IMG/VR virus record: IMGVR_UViG_3300025114_000001
Span: 1 to 60,475 of that record
Source of the DNA: a virus
Taxonomy: Duplodnaviria; Caudoviricetes
Strand: one strand, 5' to 3'
Length of the DNA stretch: 60,475 nucleotides
The translations under genes were made by a program, and so were the position numbers. The notes below the pieces were generated by a model that did no database searches, was not told the DNA's origin, and saw nothing but the letters and a program-made list of their open reading frames with translations. Every line of letters starts with the position of its first letter. The stretch's first letter is position 1. Below, one piece after another: positions 36,671 through 46,833 of the stretch.

Positions 36671-38590
36671 ATGACTTGGCACAAAGAATTTCTATCAGAG
36701 AATCAAAACAAAACCCAAACGTTATCAACACTTGGGGGCCTTTTTAGCCTTATTGAAGAGGTCTATGAAGTAGAGAAGGGCAAACTTTTTTCACTTAAAA
36801 AATCGGAGAACGAATTACTAAGAGAGCAGTTTGTTAATGAGAGAAAAGAAGTCTCCATGACTCTGCAAGCAATCCCCGAAATTGCAGTTTCAGAGCTTGG
36901 CTGGACAAACCTGACAGGCGAAGGAGATACTGCAGTCTCAGGCCCAGAGAGGGCAAAGCTCGAACAATTCCTTTCTAAGATTCAAGGTGACAGTTTTCAG
37001 ACAAAAGTTGCGTCTCTTGCGAATTTTTATGACAACCCGGACGCAGCACTCCAAGAGATGTTTCCAGAGGGTAATAATTCAATGCCAAAACAAATTGCCG
37101 CGGCACTTGGGTACCTAACCTTCTTCAAAACACTTACAAAGGTCATCTCCAATTTCAATGCAGCATCGGCTGGGTTTAACTTCGAGGCTTTCCTGGCGGT
37201 TCTTGTATCTGGTTATCAAGTAAAAGCAAATACGGGCACTATCGCTGACTTTGTTTCACGAGCAGATGGGACGAACACTCCCATCTCTCTAAAGCTTTAT
37301 CAAGAAGGTAAGCTTCACGTCGGCGGCTCCTTTACTGATTTGGCGAACGACCTTAGAGAGCAGAAAGACGCCTTTGATTATCCGTTTATGCGTTATCTTG
37401 CTGTCACAAAAGAGTTCGAAGGCGGACAAAAAGAAGGACTAGACATCAATGGAATCTTGCGTTGGTACCAATTCGACTTCACACTTGAAAATGTTTTCGA
37501 CCTTCTAGCGCGCTCCTCAACAAAATCTCAGAAGTGTATTCAGTTACCAAGAGTTTTCATCTCGGGTGAAACTCAGGACTATGCTTCAACACTACCAGGC
37601 TCGGCTATTCCATCACCAGAGCAACTTGAGAATGTATTTTTAAATGCATTCAGAAAAGAGATGGCAGCCCACAACGATCTTTCAGTCTCCAATGGTGACG
37701 AACAACGCCAGGTAGATGAAGATTTGTTCAGTATGATTACGGCAGCAATCAATTGGTCCACGGAAGATACTTACTTTACTCTTTATAGCCCAGATAAAGA
37801 ATATCTGGCCAAGCTTGAAAAGAAGGGCCTTGAACCACCAGAAGACTTCGAAGTCCGCCCTGCCTTTGTTTCGAGAGGTGACTCACCGATGGCAGGTAAA
37901 GGACCAAAATGGCAAGCTTTACAGGATGTTATCAAGGGAGCTTTAGGTCAGGCTCAGAACGCTGGCCACCCTGCTGTTGAAGGCCTTGACGACCGAGGCT
38001 TCAAGGTTATGGCTAAGAACATAGCAACCCGAGCTAAGTTAGCCAATAACGGCGGAAAGGGCACAGCCTCTGCAGAAGATAGCGTCCTCTCAGTTTATTC
38101 TAAATCAAAGCTAAAAGACAGGCGCCTCGGCATCCTGCGAAAAGCTAACGGGCCATCAGATGAGTTCGCCTCTATCGAAGAATCTCTAAAATGGTACAAC
38201 GACGAAGCTCGAACTGACGACGAAAAGAAAGCGGCGCTTACTCAGTGTTACGGATACCTAACAACGGAGCAGTTCAATCTAAATCAATCAATAGTCGCAA
38301 AGGTACACACTTTGACTGACAAAAGAACTCTTCCAGAGGGACAGTCGGAGCCTAAATTTGCAGAGCTTTCAGTCGGAATGCAAAACACACAAAACATGCT
38401 GAACAAGATGACCAGCCTCATTAACGATGCTATCTTTGGTATCTTCTTGAGCGTAAAGAATGTTCAGGATAATACCTACGCTTATATGGCGGGAGGCATG
38501 CAAGAAGAAGAGAAGGCTGATGCAGCAATCGACGCTTCTAACGATATCATTCAGAGAACGAAAGACCTTAAGCAGTCCGGAACTGAATAA
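36671..38590 (+). CDS. Hypothetical protein (probable virion protein)
   Basis: 639 aa; preceded by the variant motif CTAATTATA; AGFNFEAFLA...IAD...ISLK could be a PD-(D/E)xK-like core. Confidence 0.55.
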   Translation: MTWHKEFLSENQNKTQTLSTLGGLFSLIEEVYEVEKGKLFSLKKSENELLREQFVNERKEVSMTLQAIPEIAVSELGWTNLTGEGDTAVSGPERAKLEQFLSKIQGDSFQTKVASLANFYDNPDAALQEMFPEGNNSMPKQIAAALGYLTFFKTLTKVISNFNAASAGFNFEAFLAVLVSGYQVKANTGTIADFVSRADGTNTPISLKLYQEGKLHVGGSFTDLANDLREQKDAFDYPFMRYLAVTKEFEGGQKEGLDINGILRWYQFDFTLENVFDLLARSSTKSQKCIQLPRVFISGETQDYASTLPGSAIPSPEQLENVFLNAFRKEMAAHNDLSVSNGDEQRQVDEDLFSMITAAINWSTEDTYFTLYSPDKEYLAKLEKKGLEPPEDFEVRPAFVSRGDSPMAGKGPKWQALQDVIKGALGQAQNAGHPAVEGLDDRGFKVMAKNIATRAKLANNGGKGTASAEDSVLSVYSKSKLKDRRLGILRKANGPSDEFASIEESLKWYNDEARTDDEKKAALTQCYGYLTTEQFNLNQSIVAKVHTLTDKRTLPEGQSEPKFAELSVGMQNTQNMLNKMTSLINDAIFGIFLSVKNVQDNTYAYMAGGMQEEEKADAAIDASNDIIQRTKDLKQSGTE

Positions 38591-38606
38591 AAACCAAATA
38601 AACCCC

Positions 38607-38635
38607 TTGACATTTCCCTCAAAATACACTATAAT
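38607..38635 (+). promoter_or_regulatory. Consensus sigma70 promoter
   Basis: TTGACA-17bp-TATAAT upstream of groEL. Confidence 0.85.
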
Positions 38636-38662
38636 AGTAGCATAACAATAAAGTGAGGTTCC

Positions 38663-40231
38663 ATGACTACCAAATTAGAGAACGGCTCGGTCTTACGCAA
38701 CAAGATCCTTGAAGGCGTTAATGCCCTAGCTGACTACGTTGCCACAACCCTAGGCCCAAAAGGCCAAAACGTTCTAATCCAACAGAAAGGCAAAAGACCT
38801 TTTATTACAAAAGACGGTGTGACCGTTGCACAAAGTATGTCTTTTGAAGACCCGTTTGTCAATGCTGGAGCAGAAGTTGTAAAACAGGTTTCTGCTATGA
38901 CCAACGCCGAAGCTGGCGATGGTACAACTACAAGCACCATTCTGGCGCGAGAAATCCTGCGTCAAGCCCACAAACACATTGAGTCGGGTGTAAGCCCGAT
39001 TGAGATTAAAAGGGGCTTAGAGAGGTGTTCTACTGCCATATGCGAGGGCATAGCTGATTTAGCAAAACCAATATCATCCGTCGAAGACATCCGGCATATT
39101 GCAACCATTTCTGCAAATAACGATCCAATTATTGGTGACTTAATCGCAAATGCAGTCGACAAGATAGGAAAGAACGGTTCAATCTCTGTGGAAGATGCAA
39201 AATCGCATGAGACGACACTAGAACTTGTGGAGGGTTTCAAATTCCGTTCAGGTTATGCTGCCAGAGCATTTATCACTGATGAACGCCGCGGCCTGTGCAA
39301 GTATGATGATCCAATGTTTTTGATTACTGATAGTAAGATTGAGCAAGTTGGCGATATTCTTCCTTCTCTAGAGATTGCCGCACGAGAAGGTCGACCATTT
39401 GTAATCATTGCAGATGAAATTGAGGGGCAAGCCTTGGCCGCCCTCATCATGAATACAATCCGCGGCTCTATGAAGGTTGTAGCAATCAAGGGCCCATCCT
39501 ATGGGGAAGACCGCCGCGGAATCATGAGCGACTTGGCAACTGCTACAGGAGCAAAATTCTTCCAGCAATCCCTCGGCCATAAGGTGACAGAAGTATCTTT
39601 ATTAGATTTTGGCCAAGCAAAAGCAGTTGAAATCAGCAAGGCCACCACGACAATCGTCGACGGCGAAGGAGCATGCGACCTCGTGGAGACACGAATTGAC
39701 GAGATCAAGAATGAGATTAATGACACTGATGACCTACATGCCGCCCAACGTTTGCAAGATAGGATAACTAGACTTTCGTCTGGAGTAGCCATCATTAGGG
39801 TCGGAGCAAGTTCAGAAGTCGAGTTAATAGAGAAGAAGCACCGCATAGAAGACGCCCTAGAGGCTGTAAACTCTGCTCAGGAGGAAGGAATCGTATTGGG
39901 AGGTGGAATGACCCTCGCCAAGATTTCAGACGCCTTAGACATCCAATTTGAGAATGACGAACAATCTGTTGCTTTATCAATTATAAAGAAATCCTTACAA
40001 GCACCTTTCGATATTATGGCTGCCAATGCGGGGCACAATCCAGAAGTGCTTCGACTCACACTCGGAGAGTGTGGCGAAATGGAAGGATACAACTTTTTGA
40101 CCTCAAAAAAAGAAAATCTTTTTGTATCTGGCATCATCGACCCAGCGAAGGTCACGCGCTGCGCACTTAAGAATGCTGTCTCTGTGGCTGGCACTCTTTT
40201 GCTGACAAATCATGGTGTTGTTTATGTTTAG
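38663..40231 (+). CDS. groEL: GroEL chaperonin
   Basis: TLGPKG, ITKDGVTVA, AGDGTTT, IATISAN, EKKHRIEDAL, GGG and GIIDPAKVTR. Confidence 0.96.
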   Translation: MTTKLENGSVLRNKILEGVNALADYVATTLGPKGQNVLIQQKGKRPFITKDGVTVAQSMSFEDPFVNAGAEVVKQVSAMTNAEAGDGTTTSTILAREILRQAHKHIESGVSPIEIKRGLERCSTAICEGIADLAKPISSVEDIRHIATISANNDPIIGDLIANAVDKIGKNGSISVEDAKSHETTLELVEGFKFRSGYAARAFITDERRGLCKYDDPMFLITDSKIEQVGDILPSLEIAAREGRPFVIIADEIEGQALAALIMNTIRGSMKVVAIKGPSYGEDRRGIMSDLATATGAKFFQQSLGHKVTEVSLLDFGQAKAVEISKATTTIVDGEGACDLVETRIDEIKNEINDTDDLHAAQRLQDRITRLSSGVAIIRVGASSEVELIEKKHRIEDALEAVNSAQEEGIVLGGGMTLAKISDALDIQFENDEQSVALSIIKKSLQAPFDIMAANAGHNPEVLRLTLGECGEMEGYNFLTSKKENLFVSGIIDPAKVTRCALKNAVSVAGTLLLTNHGVVYV

Positions 40232-40260
40232 AACACTATATATTATGAGGAGGACCCTTT

Positions 40261-40533
40261 GTGATGATAGAAGGCAGCGAACATCTTATGGAGTTTCAAA
40301 GTAAGTTAGATAAGGTTTGCTCAGGTATAGATATGGTCCAGAACAAGCAGGACGAAATGTCAGAAGACATCTCCAAAATTAAAGATGCAGTATACGATCC
40401 GGACCAGGGTTTGTATGCAAGGTTGAGGGAACTGGAGTCTTGGAAACACACTTCTTCTCGAATGATTTGGACCCTTTTTACAACCGTCATCGGCCTTATC
40501 GGAGCGTTTGTAGTTAAGAGTATCGGAAGTTAA
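40261..40533 (+). CDS. Coiled-coil protein with C-terminal TM helix (holin/lysis-like?)
   Basis: Coiled coil, DPDQGLYARLRELE, then one TM helix; late-like motif ACTATATATT upstream. Confidence 0.5.
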   Translation: MMIEGSEHLMEFQSKLDKVCSGIDMVQNKQDEMSEDISKIKDAVYDPDQGLYARLRELESWKHTSSRMIWTLFTTVIGLIGAFVVKSIGS

Positions 40534-40549
40534 AAGTCAGGAGTAGGAA

Positions 40550-40834
40550 ATGTTAATAAAAGTAAAACAACTCATTGTAGAAAATAATGGTTATAAGAGA
40601 GATATAACATTTAAGAACATTTATATAAACAGTACTAGTATCATTTCCATTGCTGACTACGACGGTGTCAGAGAATTTTTGTTGCAAGAGGACCCTCGTC
40701 TTGGACATACCGCATACTCCTTGATTAAAGTAAGTCAAGGAAATCGAGCAGAAGACATTATAGCGTTTGGAACGGCTGACTCAATTTATTCTGAGTTAAA
40801 TAAGCCCGTTGGTTCCAAACTACTAAATGATTGA
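40550..40834 (+). CDS. Hypothetical protein
   Basis: 94-aa ORF with AGGAG RBS. Confidence 0.6.
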   Translation: MLIKVKQLIVENNGYKRDITFKNIYINSTSIISIADYDGVREFLLQEDPRLGHTAYSLIKVSQGNRAEDIIAFGTADSIYSELNKPVGSKLLND

Positions 40835-41090
40835 AGATCGTTATATCATCATCGGCCGCTCCTCCTGCCCCTTCTGCACTCATGCTATAGATTATTGCCG
40901 CGCGCGCCTATTCCAATACATTTTTCTGGACTATGAAGAAGACAGAGAATCTTTAGAAGATTATAAAGAATTCCATGCCCAAGAAACGGTACCGATTATT
41001 CTTGCAAATAACATAGAAACAGGGTATACTAAGAAGATAGGCGGCTACAGAGAATTTGTAGATCTCGTGACAGAAAAGTTTAGGAAGTAA
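40827..41090 (+). CDS. Glutaredoxin
   Basis: CPFC, TVPII and IGGY. Confidence 0.88.
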   Translation: MIEDRYIIIGRSSCPFCTHAIDYCRARLFQYIFLDYEEDRESLEDYKEFHAQETVPIILANNIETGYTKKIGGYREFVDLVTEKFRK

Positions 41091-41091
41091 A

Positions 41092-41439
41092 GTGGAAAAC
41101 CCAGAAGATGATAAGACAGTAAAACTAAGTGTAAAAGGTATAGGATTAATTAGAAAACCCGCAGAATCTTACATATATAAAATCGACGCACTATTAAGAG
41201 ATCATTATAACACCAACAATCTTTTGTGCGCTGAAGACCTTGTAACTCTCATGGAGCTTAGGATTTCATCTCAGGTTTTAGTTTCCTATCTCAGTGAATT
41301 GTGCTTCCAAGCTGAAGAGGCGGAAGTATCTTATCTTCACTTATACCCTGAAGAAGTAACAATGATAGCGAAGCTCGCTAAAGGCCTTTATGCCGCAGTT
41401 AATACTCAAATGGGAAATTTAAATTTGAGGGATCATTAA
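41092..41439 (+). CDS. Hypothetical protein
   Basis: 115-aa ORF within the operon. Confidence 0.55.
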   Translation: MENPEDDKTVKLSVKGIGLIRKPAESYIYKIDALLRDHYNTNNLLCAEDLVTLMELRISSQVLVSYLSELCFQAEEAEVSYLHLYPEEVTMIAKLAKGLYAAVNTQMGNLNLRDH

Positions 41440-41777
41440 TGAAACTATGGCTTGGGATAGCCATTTTTACACTCGGTCAAACTATGGGTTGGTATCAGCT
41501 AAACTTGCAAAAAATGTTTGTTTGGTGGAAAGATAAGCCAATACTCTCAGCTATACTGGTGGGCATACCAACAAGTATCTCTTTCTGGTATGCTTGGAGA
41601 ATAATTTCAGAAGAGACTAGTTCAGTTTGGACAGCAAGGTTTATTGGATCCAGCACTGGTTTCGTCGTCTTTCCAATCCTAACATGGTTTATGCTGGGCG
41701 AAAGTATGTTTACAACAAAAACAATACTTTGCCTATCTCTTTCAGTATTGATTATTTTAATACAGATTTTTTATTAA
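41439..41777 (+). CDS. Small 4-TM membrane protein (DMT/SMR-like)
   Basis: Four hydrophobic helices; WFMLGES motif typical of the DMT fold. Confidence 0.6.
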   Translation: MKLWLGIAIFTLGQTMGWYQLNLQKMFVWWKDKPILSAILVGIPTSISFWYAWRIISEETSSVWTARFIGSSTGFVVFPILTWFMLGESMFTTKTILCLSLSVLIILIQIFY

Positions 41778-41793
41778 ACACTATATTAAAGTA

Positions 41794-41803
41794 ACTATTT
41801 AGT
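41794..41803 (+). promoter_or_regulatory. Putative late promoter motif ACTATTTAGT
   Basis: CTATTTA core immediately upstream of the 1329-aa gene. Confidence 0.55.
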
Positions 41804-41811
41804 ATAAAAAG

Positions 41812-44800
41812 GTGGTTTGTTTGATGCAATTTTATCAAAAATGGAAACAATATGTTAATGAGGCGAAAAAGGACGCCAAAGTCCTTCGCAATATCAATAT
41901 AGATTTTCTAAAAAAAGAGATAGATAAAGATCCGGAAGAAGAAATAAGAGACTATTTTGCTCGCCTTCAAAAACTAGAAAGAGAAGAGCCCCCTGTATTT
42001 CCTGTAGAGTTGGTAAATTGGATTGAATCATTGGATGATAGATATTTTCCAAGAGAGGGCCGCAAAAGATTCGCAAAATGGCTTGGCAATGCGATTTCCT
42101 TCGAAGAGACAAATGGTCCGAACCAGCGTCCCGCGGCCGGCCAATTTCAGACTCTTGAACTTTATAATAATGACGTAAGATATATAGTAGATTACCTAAA
42201 TGGCGAAGATCCCCGCGAGATTCCATCCAATTTGTGGGATTCTGAATTCTCTGAAGTGATGGAACTTGGCCGGCATTGGCATGAAAGACTTGCTGCCGGT
42301 ATCATAAATCTTGACGATCTACCTTCTGGTAAATTAAATTATGTTGGCAAGAAAGCGGTTTTTAGATTTGAGAACGGCTACTCTATCGTGCTCGTCGACC
42401 CAACCGCCGGCAGTAGAGAATATACTCGCGAGGAAGGTCTTCGTTGTGGGTGGGTCCACGACGAAGAGGAATTGCAGGCGTTCAGAGAATATTATAAAGA
42501 AAAGGGTAAGGACCCGCCTCGCTTCACCATCAGAAACGAAGTTAATGATTTAGACATCGAAGGCTGTGTAATGGGTCATTGTGTCGGCGGCTATTGTGAC
42601 CAAGTCTCTAGCGGCGCCATTGCAATTTACTCTCTGAGGAGTCCCAAAAACTACCCACATGTAACCATCGAAGTAAAGGCGGGAAAAAAATATACATTGG
42701 GCGACGATGCCCCAGGGGTAGTTCTGCAAATAAAAGGATTCGGAAATGAGCCTCCGAAAGAAGAATACAGACCGATGATAAAACAGTGGCTGAAAAGTAC
42801 CAATTTTGAGTATCGTGACACCTGGGACTACTTGAACATATTATCCGAAGAAGAAATAATGTCGATGGTCACCTCAGGAGAAGCATCTGACCGCACTATT
42901 AACGATCTTGCTAGAAGCACAAAAAGTCCTCGAATTCTAGATTTTTTTGTTAATGCAATCGCAGAACCCAGCCAAGAAGCCATAAAAGCCATGAACAATG
43001 CCAACCGCGGTTCCTTGATGGTTTCACTGGCGAATTCCAAAAATTTGTCAGAGGCTCAAGTTCTAAGGATTGTCGAAACTGATCTTGAAATTGGAGTACT
43101 AACAACAAACCATTCGGTGGAAACGCTCTTTCATGCAACACACCCAGAATTTGAGGAAACGCGACCAGACGGCCCAGTACTTTCGGCGGCGATTTGGAAG
43201 AACTTCCGCGAAAAACTTACACAAAATGTGAATGAAATTAAGCTGGGATATTTGTCAGCTATTGTAAAATATTCTGATAACGAGCCCACAAGCAAAGAGA
43301 TAGTAAATCTCTTATTAAATGATGAAGTTCTCGACGCACTGGTAAAACCCAGGGAAGACGCCTTCGTCGCCGGCCAACCGGTCGGCCGATCATCTGATCT
43401 TTATACTGATTTATTACAAAACTATTTACTGCAAAATAAAAATTCAGATAGAGAAACTCTTGTAAGAATATATAAGTTTACACGAACTTTAAAAGGAGAA
43501 ATCATGGCGCCATCGGTCAGGATGGACACTTACATAGCAAAATCACTTTCTATTTCGCCTGATGTAGTAGAAGACATGCTTTCCGATAAACTCGACCCCC
43601 CGGCGCTTAGCACAAAAAAGAATCTAATTCTAAACCCTTCTGTGGAAGAGAAACATAAGTATGGTCTTATAACGAAGATGATGGCAAGAGGTGGTCGCGC
43701 CACCGGGCACCCGATTGTTAAGCAGCTGGGTCGCATTATATGGAGAGAAAAGCACTCTGTAGATGTGGATCATTTCAAAGCCATGCCTCGAATATTTAGT
43801 AAGAAATTTTTGCTTTGGTGTCTGGATGCCGGTGTTTTTGACGGTGTTATTCAAGATCAACCAGCCGTGGCCCCAGCGGGATTTGAACGGTACGCTGAAT
43901 CTAGAGAGCAAGTAAAAAGAGAGATATTGAACCTATTTAGAGAACCGACGGAGGAAAATTCTTTGGATGAGCAAGTTAAGAAATATTTTTCTAGGCAGAG
44001 CCCAGTGGGGTCTTTTTACAAGAAAGAACTATTATGGGAAGTCCGTTATCCAAATACCTTACTAGAAGCCAGAGTAAAGGATATAAAGGCCAAGTATCCC
44101 GTTCTAACAGATGTCGGCTGGATAACTTGGGCCCAAGACCAGATAACTCGTGAACTCGGGCCCAAAGGCGCATCGAAATATTTATTCTATTGGGCTAGAG
44201 AAATGGACAGGCAGTTTGTCGGGGACACCGCCGAAGATTTCCGAGAGGGGCAACAAGATGCTCTCGATGAGGCCAGGAACGTTCTTGACCTCATCATGCA
44301 CTTTCACGAAAACCAGCATAAACTCGAAGAGAAAGACATATATAAGTATAGTATAGGAGAACTTCAAAAGTCTATGGATGACCTTGGAGTCACCGCTTCC
44401 GCTATCGCTGCAACTGCTAAAGCATCAAAAGAAATGGCGGAAAGGGATTCGGAAGTAGTGTACACTGATCATGGTATCACCGCTGTTCGACCACTCACAA
44501 CCCAAGCGTCATGCTATTTTGGCCACAATCCCAGGCTCACTAAGTGGTGTATCTCGGAGAAAGAAAAGAGAAACTATTTTAAGCAGTATACAGAACGCGA
44601 AGGCAAGGCTTTTGTTATTACTAGATTTTTTGGTATACCAGAAGGTGAGGATAATCACATAATAGCTCTAGAGTTTGACGGGGAAGGCGACCTGACTATG
44701 TTTCACGATGCTCCGAACGAACCCCAAAATCCGGACGACTTGTGGGATGTTATATTGGCCCACCTACAGGGGATGAAAGAATACCAAGACACTGAAGAAG

Positions 44801-45801
44801 AGAAACTAAAGCTCTTACGCCGAAAAGTCCACTCCAATCTTCTTCGCGAGTCTAAAAAATTGATCCTCGCTAACCCGCCGGCTAGCCCGTATGATGCAGC
44901 TGTTAAAGAGTGTGCGGAAATAGAGCGTCAGGCCAACGACAGCTTTAGAAACTATATTGAAGTGAATCACGAAGTGGAGCCCGACAGCGCATTTTCCGAC
45001 GGTCGAGCCTCGGTTGTATACGGCGCAAACATAGAAATGTTGTTCGACCCCACAGAAAAAGAATATGCTAACCTTCAGAACCTTTCATACGAGGAAGCCC
45101 GCAACATCGAAGGAGCCTTGAGGGAAAGGTTTCAAGACGGTGGTATAGGTGACGTCGCGAGCGTTTCCTTTGAATTCGATCCGGACAATCTTATAAGGCT
45201 AAGGCTCCGAGTATATGACGAAGAAGCCGATTTTGATGTAGAAGGGTTTAGACATTTTTGTGCGTTCACCATGGCAGTGCTAGATAGGGATCACGATAGT
45301 TTAGAAGGGGTAATAGAGACTTACTTCCTAGAGAAGGGTTACAAACAAAAGCCAGACGACGCAGAACCTGCAGAAATAGAAGAGCAGGTTAATGCGTATT
45401 TCAAAAAAAGTATTACTAATAAAGAGGCCTTTTATAAAGAGACAGAAAAATCTTTGGTCAATGAAGAGAAGGGAAGGTCGCGCCAGCGCGGGATCTACAA
45501 ATATTACTGTATGCTCTCTTACGGTTTGACTATCGAAAAAGAGAAAACCAGAGGCCTTGATGACATTTTAGCAGACCTCCGGGCCTTGCCCAACGTGACA
45601 ATCGTGACAGTTGTGGTGAAAAACCAGAAAATTGCACCAGGTCGTTATATTGCTGGACTCTCAATAAAGTTTATCCCCTCCATTCCCGGCCAATTTAGAT
45701 CACCAGAGGATGTAAAATCCAGAATCTTGAGAGACATCAGAAGACTAACCAACGTTCAAAACATTTTTAAAGTTTCAGCAGGGCTTGAAAGGCTAGAATA
45801 G
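41812..45801 (+). CDS. Large multidomain protein with PcfJ-like domain(s)
   Basis: EGCVMGHCVGGY...IYSLR...PHVTIEV...QIKGFGN is PcfJ-like; a second module reads ASCYFG...TKWCIS. The true start is probably ATG at 41824. Confidence 0.65.
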   Translation: MVCLMQFYQKWKQYVNEAKKDAKVLRNINIDFLKKEIDKDPEEEIRDYFARLQKLEREEPPVFPVELVNWIESLDDRYFPREGRKRFAKWLGNAISFEETNGPNQRPAAGQFQTLELYNNDVRYIVDYLNGEDPREIPSNLWDSEFSEVMELGRHWHERLAAGIINLDDLPSGKLNYVGKKAVFRFENGYSIVLVDPTAGSREYTREEGLRCGWVHDEEELQAFREYYKEKGKDPPRFTIRNEVNDLDIEGCVMGHCVGGYCDQVSSGAIAIYSLRSPKNYPHVTIEVKAGKKYTLGDDAPGVVLQIKGFGNEPPKEEYRPMIKQWLKSTNFEYRDTWDYLNILSEEEIMSMVTSGEASDRTINDLARSTKSPRILDFFVNAIAEPSQEAIKAMNNANRGSLMVSLANSKNLSEAQVLRIVETDLEIGVLTTNHSVETLFHATHPEFEETRPDGPVLSAAIWKNFREKLTQNVNEIKLGYLSAIVKYSDNEPTSKEIVNLLLNDEVLDALVKPREDAFVAGQPVGRSSDLYTDLLQNYLLQNKNSDRETLVRIYKFTRTLKGEIMAPSVRMDTYIAKSLSISPDVVEDMLSDKLDPPALSTKKNLILNPSVEEKHKYGLITKMMARGGRATGHPIVKQLGRIIWREKHSVDVDHFKAMPRIFSKKFLLWCLDAGVFDGVIQDQPAVAPAGFERYAESREQVKREILNLFREPTEENSLDEQVKKYFSRQSPVGSFYKKELLWEVRYPNTLLEARVKDIKAKYPVLTDVGWITWAQDQITRELGPKGASKYLFYWAREMDRQFVGDTAEDFREGQQDALDEARNVLDLIMHFHENQHKLEEKDIYKYSIGELQKSMDDLGVTASAIAATAKASKEMAERDSEVVYTDHGITAVRPLTTQASCYFGHNPRLTKWCISEKEKRNYFKQYTEREGKAFVITRFFGIPEGEDNHIIALEFDGEGDLTMFHDAPNEPQNPDDLWDVILAHLQGMKEYQDTEEEKLKLLRRKVHSNLLRESKKLILANPPASPYDAAVKECAEIERQANDSFRNYIEVNHEVEPDSAFSDGRASVVYGANIEMLFDPTEKEYANLQNLSYEEARNIEGALRERFQDGGIGDVASVSFEFDPDNLIRLRLRVYDEEADFDVEGFRHFCAFTMAVLDRDHDSLEGVIETYFLEKGYKQKPDDAEPAEIEEQVNAYFKKSITNKEAFYKETEKSLVNEEKGRSRQRGIYKYYCMLSYGLTIEKEKTRGLDDILADLRALPNVTIVTVVVKNQKIAPGRYIAGLSIKFIPSIPGQFRSPEDVKSRILRDIRRLTNVQNIFKVSAGLERLE

Positions 45802-46394
45802 TGAAAACCCCAGAAGATTTCCGCCGCGAAAACGTAAAAGAAATCTTTAAAAAAAGATTAAAAGATAAAACAATAAAACTTAACCCCTTATCAATAAAAA
45901 TTGAAGAATCAAACCTTACCGATGAAACTAGTGTTGATTTTTCATTTGAAAGACATGTCGGAAAGAGGAAAAAAATCTATTCTTTTCAAGAAAAAAAAGG
46001 TTCAGGTTTTGTTGACGCCGTGTTCACAACGTGCTATAATAGTTTTATAGAAGAATATAAATCGTTAAGAAATCTTAGTTTGGTGGATTTGATAGTTAAA
46101 CCAATATTTTCAGTGTCCAGAGATTCAAAAGGCTCAGATGCTAAGACCGATATAATATTCAGACTAGAGACTAAAGATCATGGCAGGGCCGAATTTTCAT
46201 CTAGGTCAAGGTCAATAGTATATTCTAGTTACACTGTAACCTTGGAAGCTTTTCAATTTTATATGAATTGTGATAAGACTTACCGAAAATTAAAGGATGT
46301 TCTTGAAGACGCCCAAGGAAGAAATCGGCCAGACATCGCAGCCCATTGCATTTCTGACCTCTCGACCTTAGCTGAAATAAATACTTATGTTTAG
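45801..46394 (+). CDS. Stand-alone LeuA (2-isopropylmalate synthase) regulatory-domain-like protein
   Basis: GSGFVDA...LVDLIV...GSDA...SRSIVYSS resembles the G-GPVDA...L-DY-V...G-DA...S-DIV-AS pattern. Confidence 0.5.
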   Translation: MKTPEDFRRENVKEIFKKRLKDKTIKLNPLSIKIEESNLTDETSVDFSFERHVGKRKKIYSFQEKKGSGFVDAVFTTCYNSFIEEYKSLRNLSLVDLIVKPIFSVSRDSKGSDAKTDIIFRLETKDHGRAEFSSRSRSIVYSSYTVTLEAFQFYMNCDKTYRKLKDVLEDAQGRNRPDIAAHCISDLSTLAEINTYV

Positions 46395-46538
46395 ACCACC
46401 GCGACCGCATATAACTGTAATTGCTCTACTTTTATCTGTGGCACTCAATCTTTATGTTCGATATTTTAAATAAAATAAGAATAATAATGGTGATTCTATG
46501 GATCGCGTGCTTAGTTACTCTAGGAGTAGTAGCTTATT

Positions 46539-46832
46539 ATGCACAAGAAGACATCGACAGTCAGAGAAATCAAAGTAGGAGATCTAGTGTATCACCTTCT
46601 CCACGGTAAAGAGTGGGTCGGAGTCCTATTGGAAATTATCGACGTTCATAATATGGACGGAAACAACAACAAACATATATTACACAGAGAGTTGGGATTA
46701 GTAAAAATGCAACCAGGCACAAAACACGAAAACTTTTTTGCAAAAATGGTGTCAAAAAATAACAGAATATCAGATTCATTGGGCTTTGTCTCGACTAACT
46801 GGTTATTCAAACTAGAAGAAAGAAAGAAATAG
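46539..46832 (+). CDS. Small SH3/KOW-like protein (KVGDLV family)
   Basis: IKVGDLVY...WVGVLLEI. Confidence 0.55.
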   Translation: MHKKTSTVREIKVGDLVYHLLHGKEWVGVLLEIIDVHNMDGNNNKHILHRELGLVKMQPGTKHENFFAKMVSKNNRISDSLGFVSTNWLFKLEERKK

Positions 46833-46833
46833 A

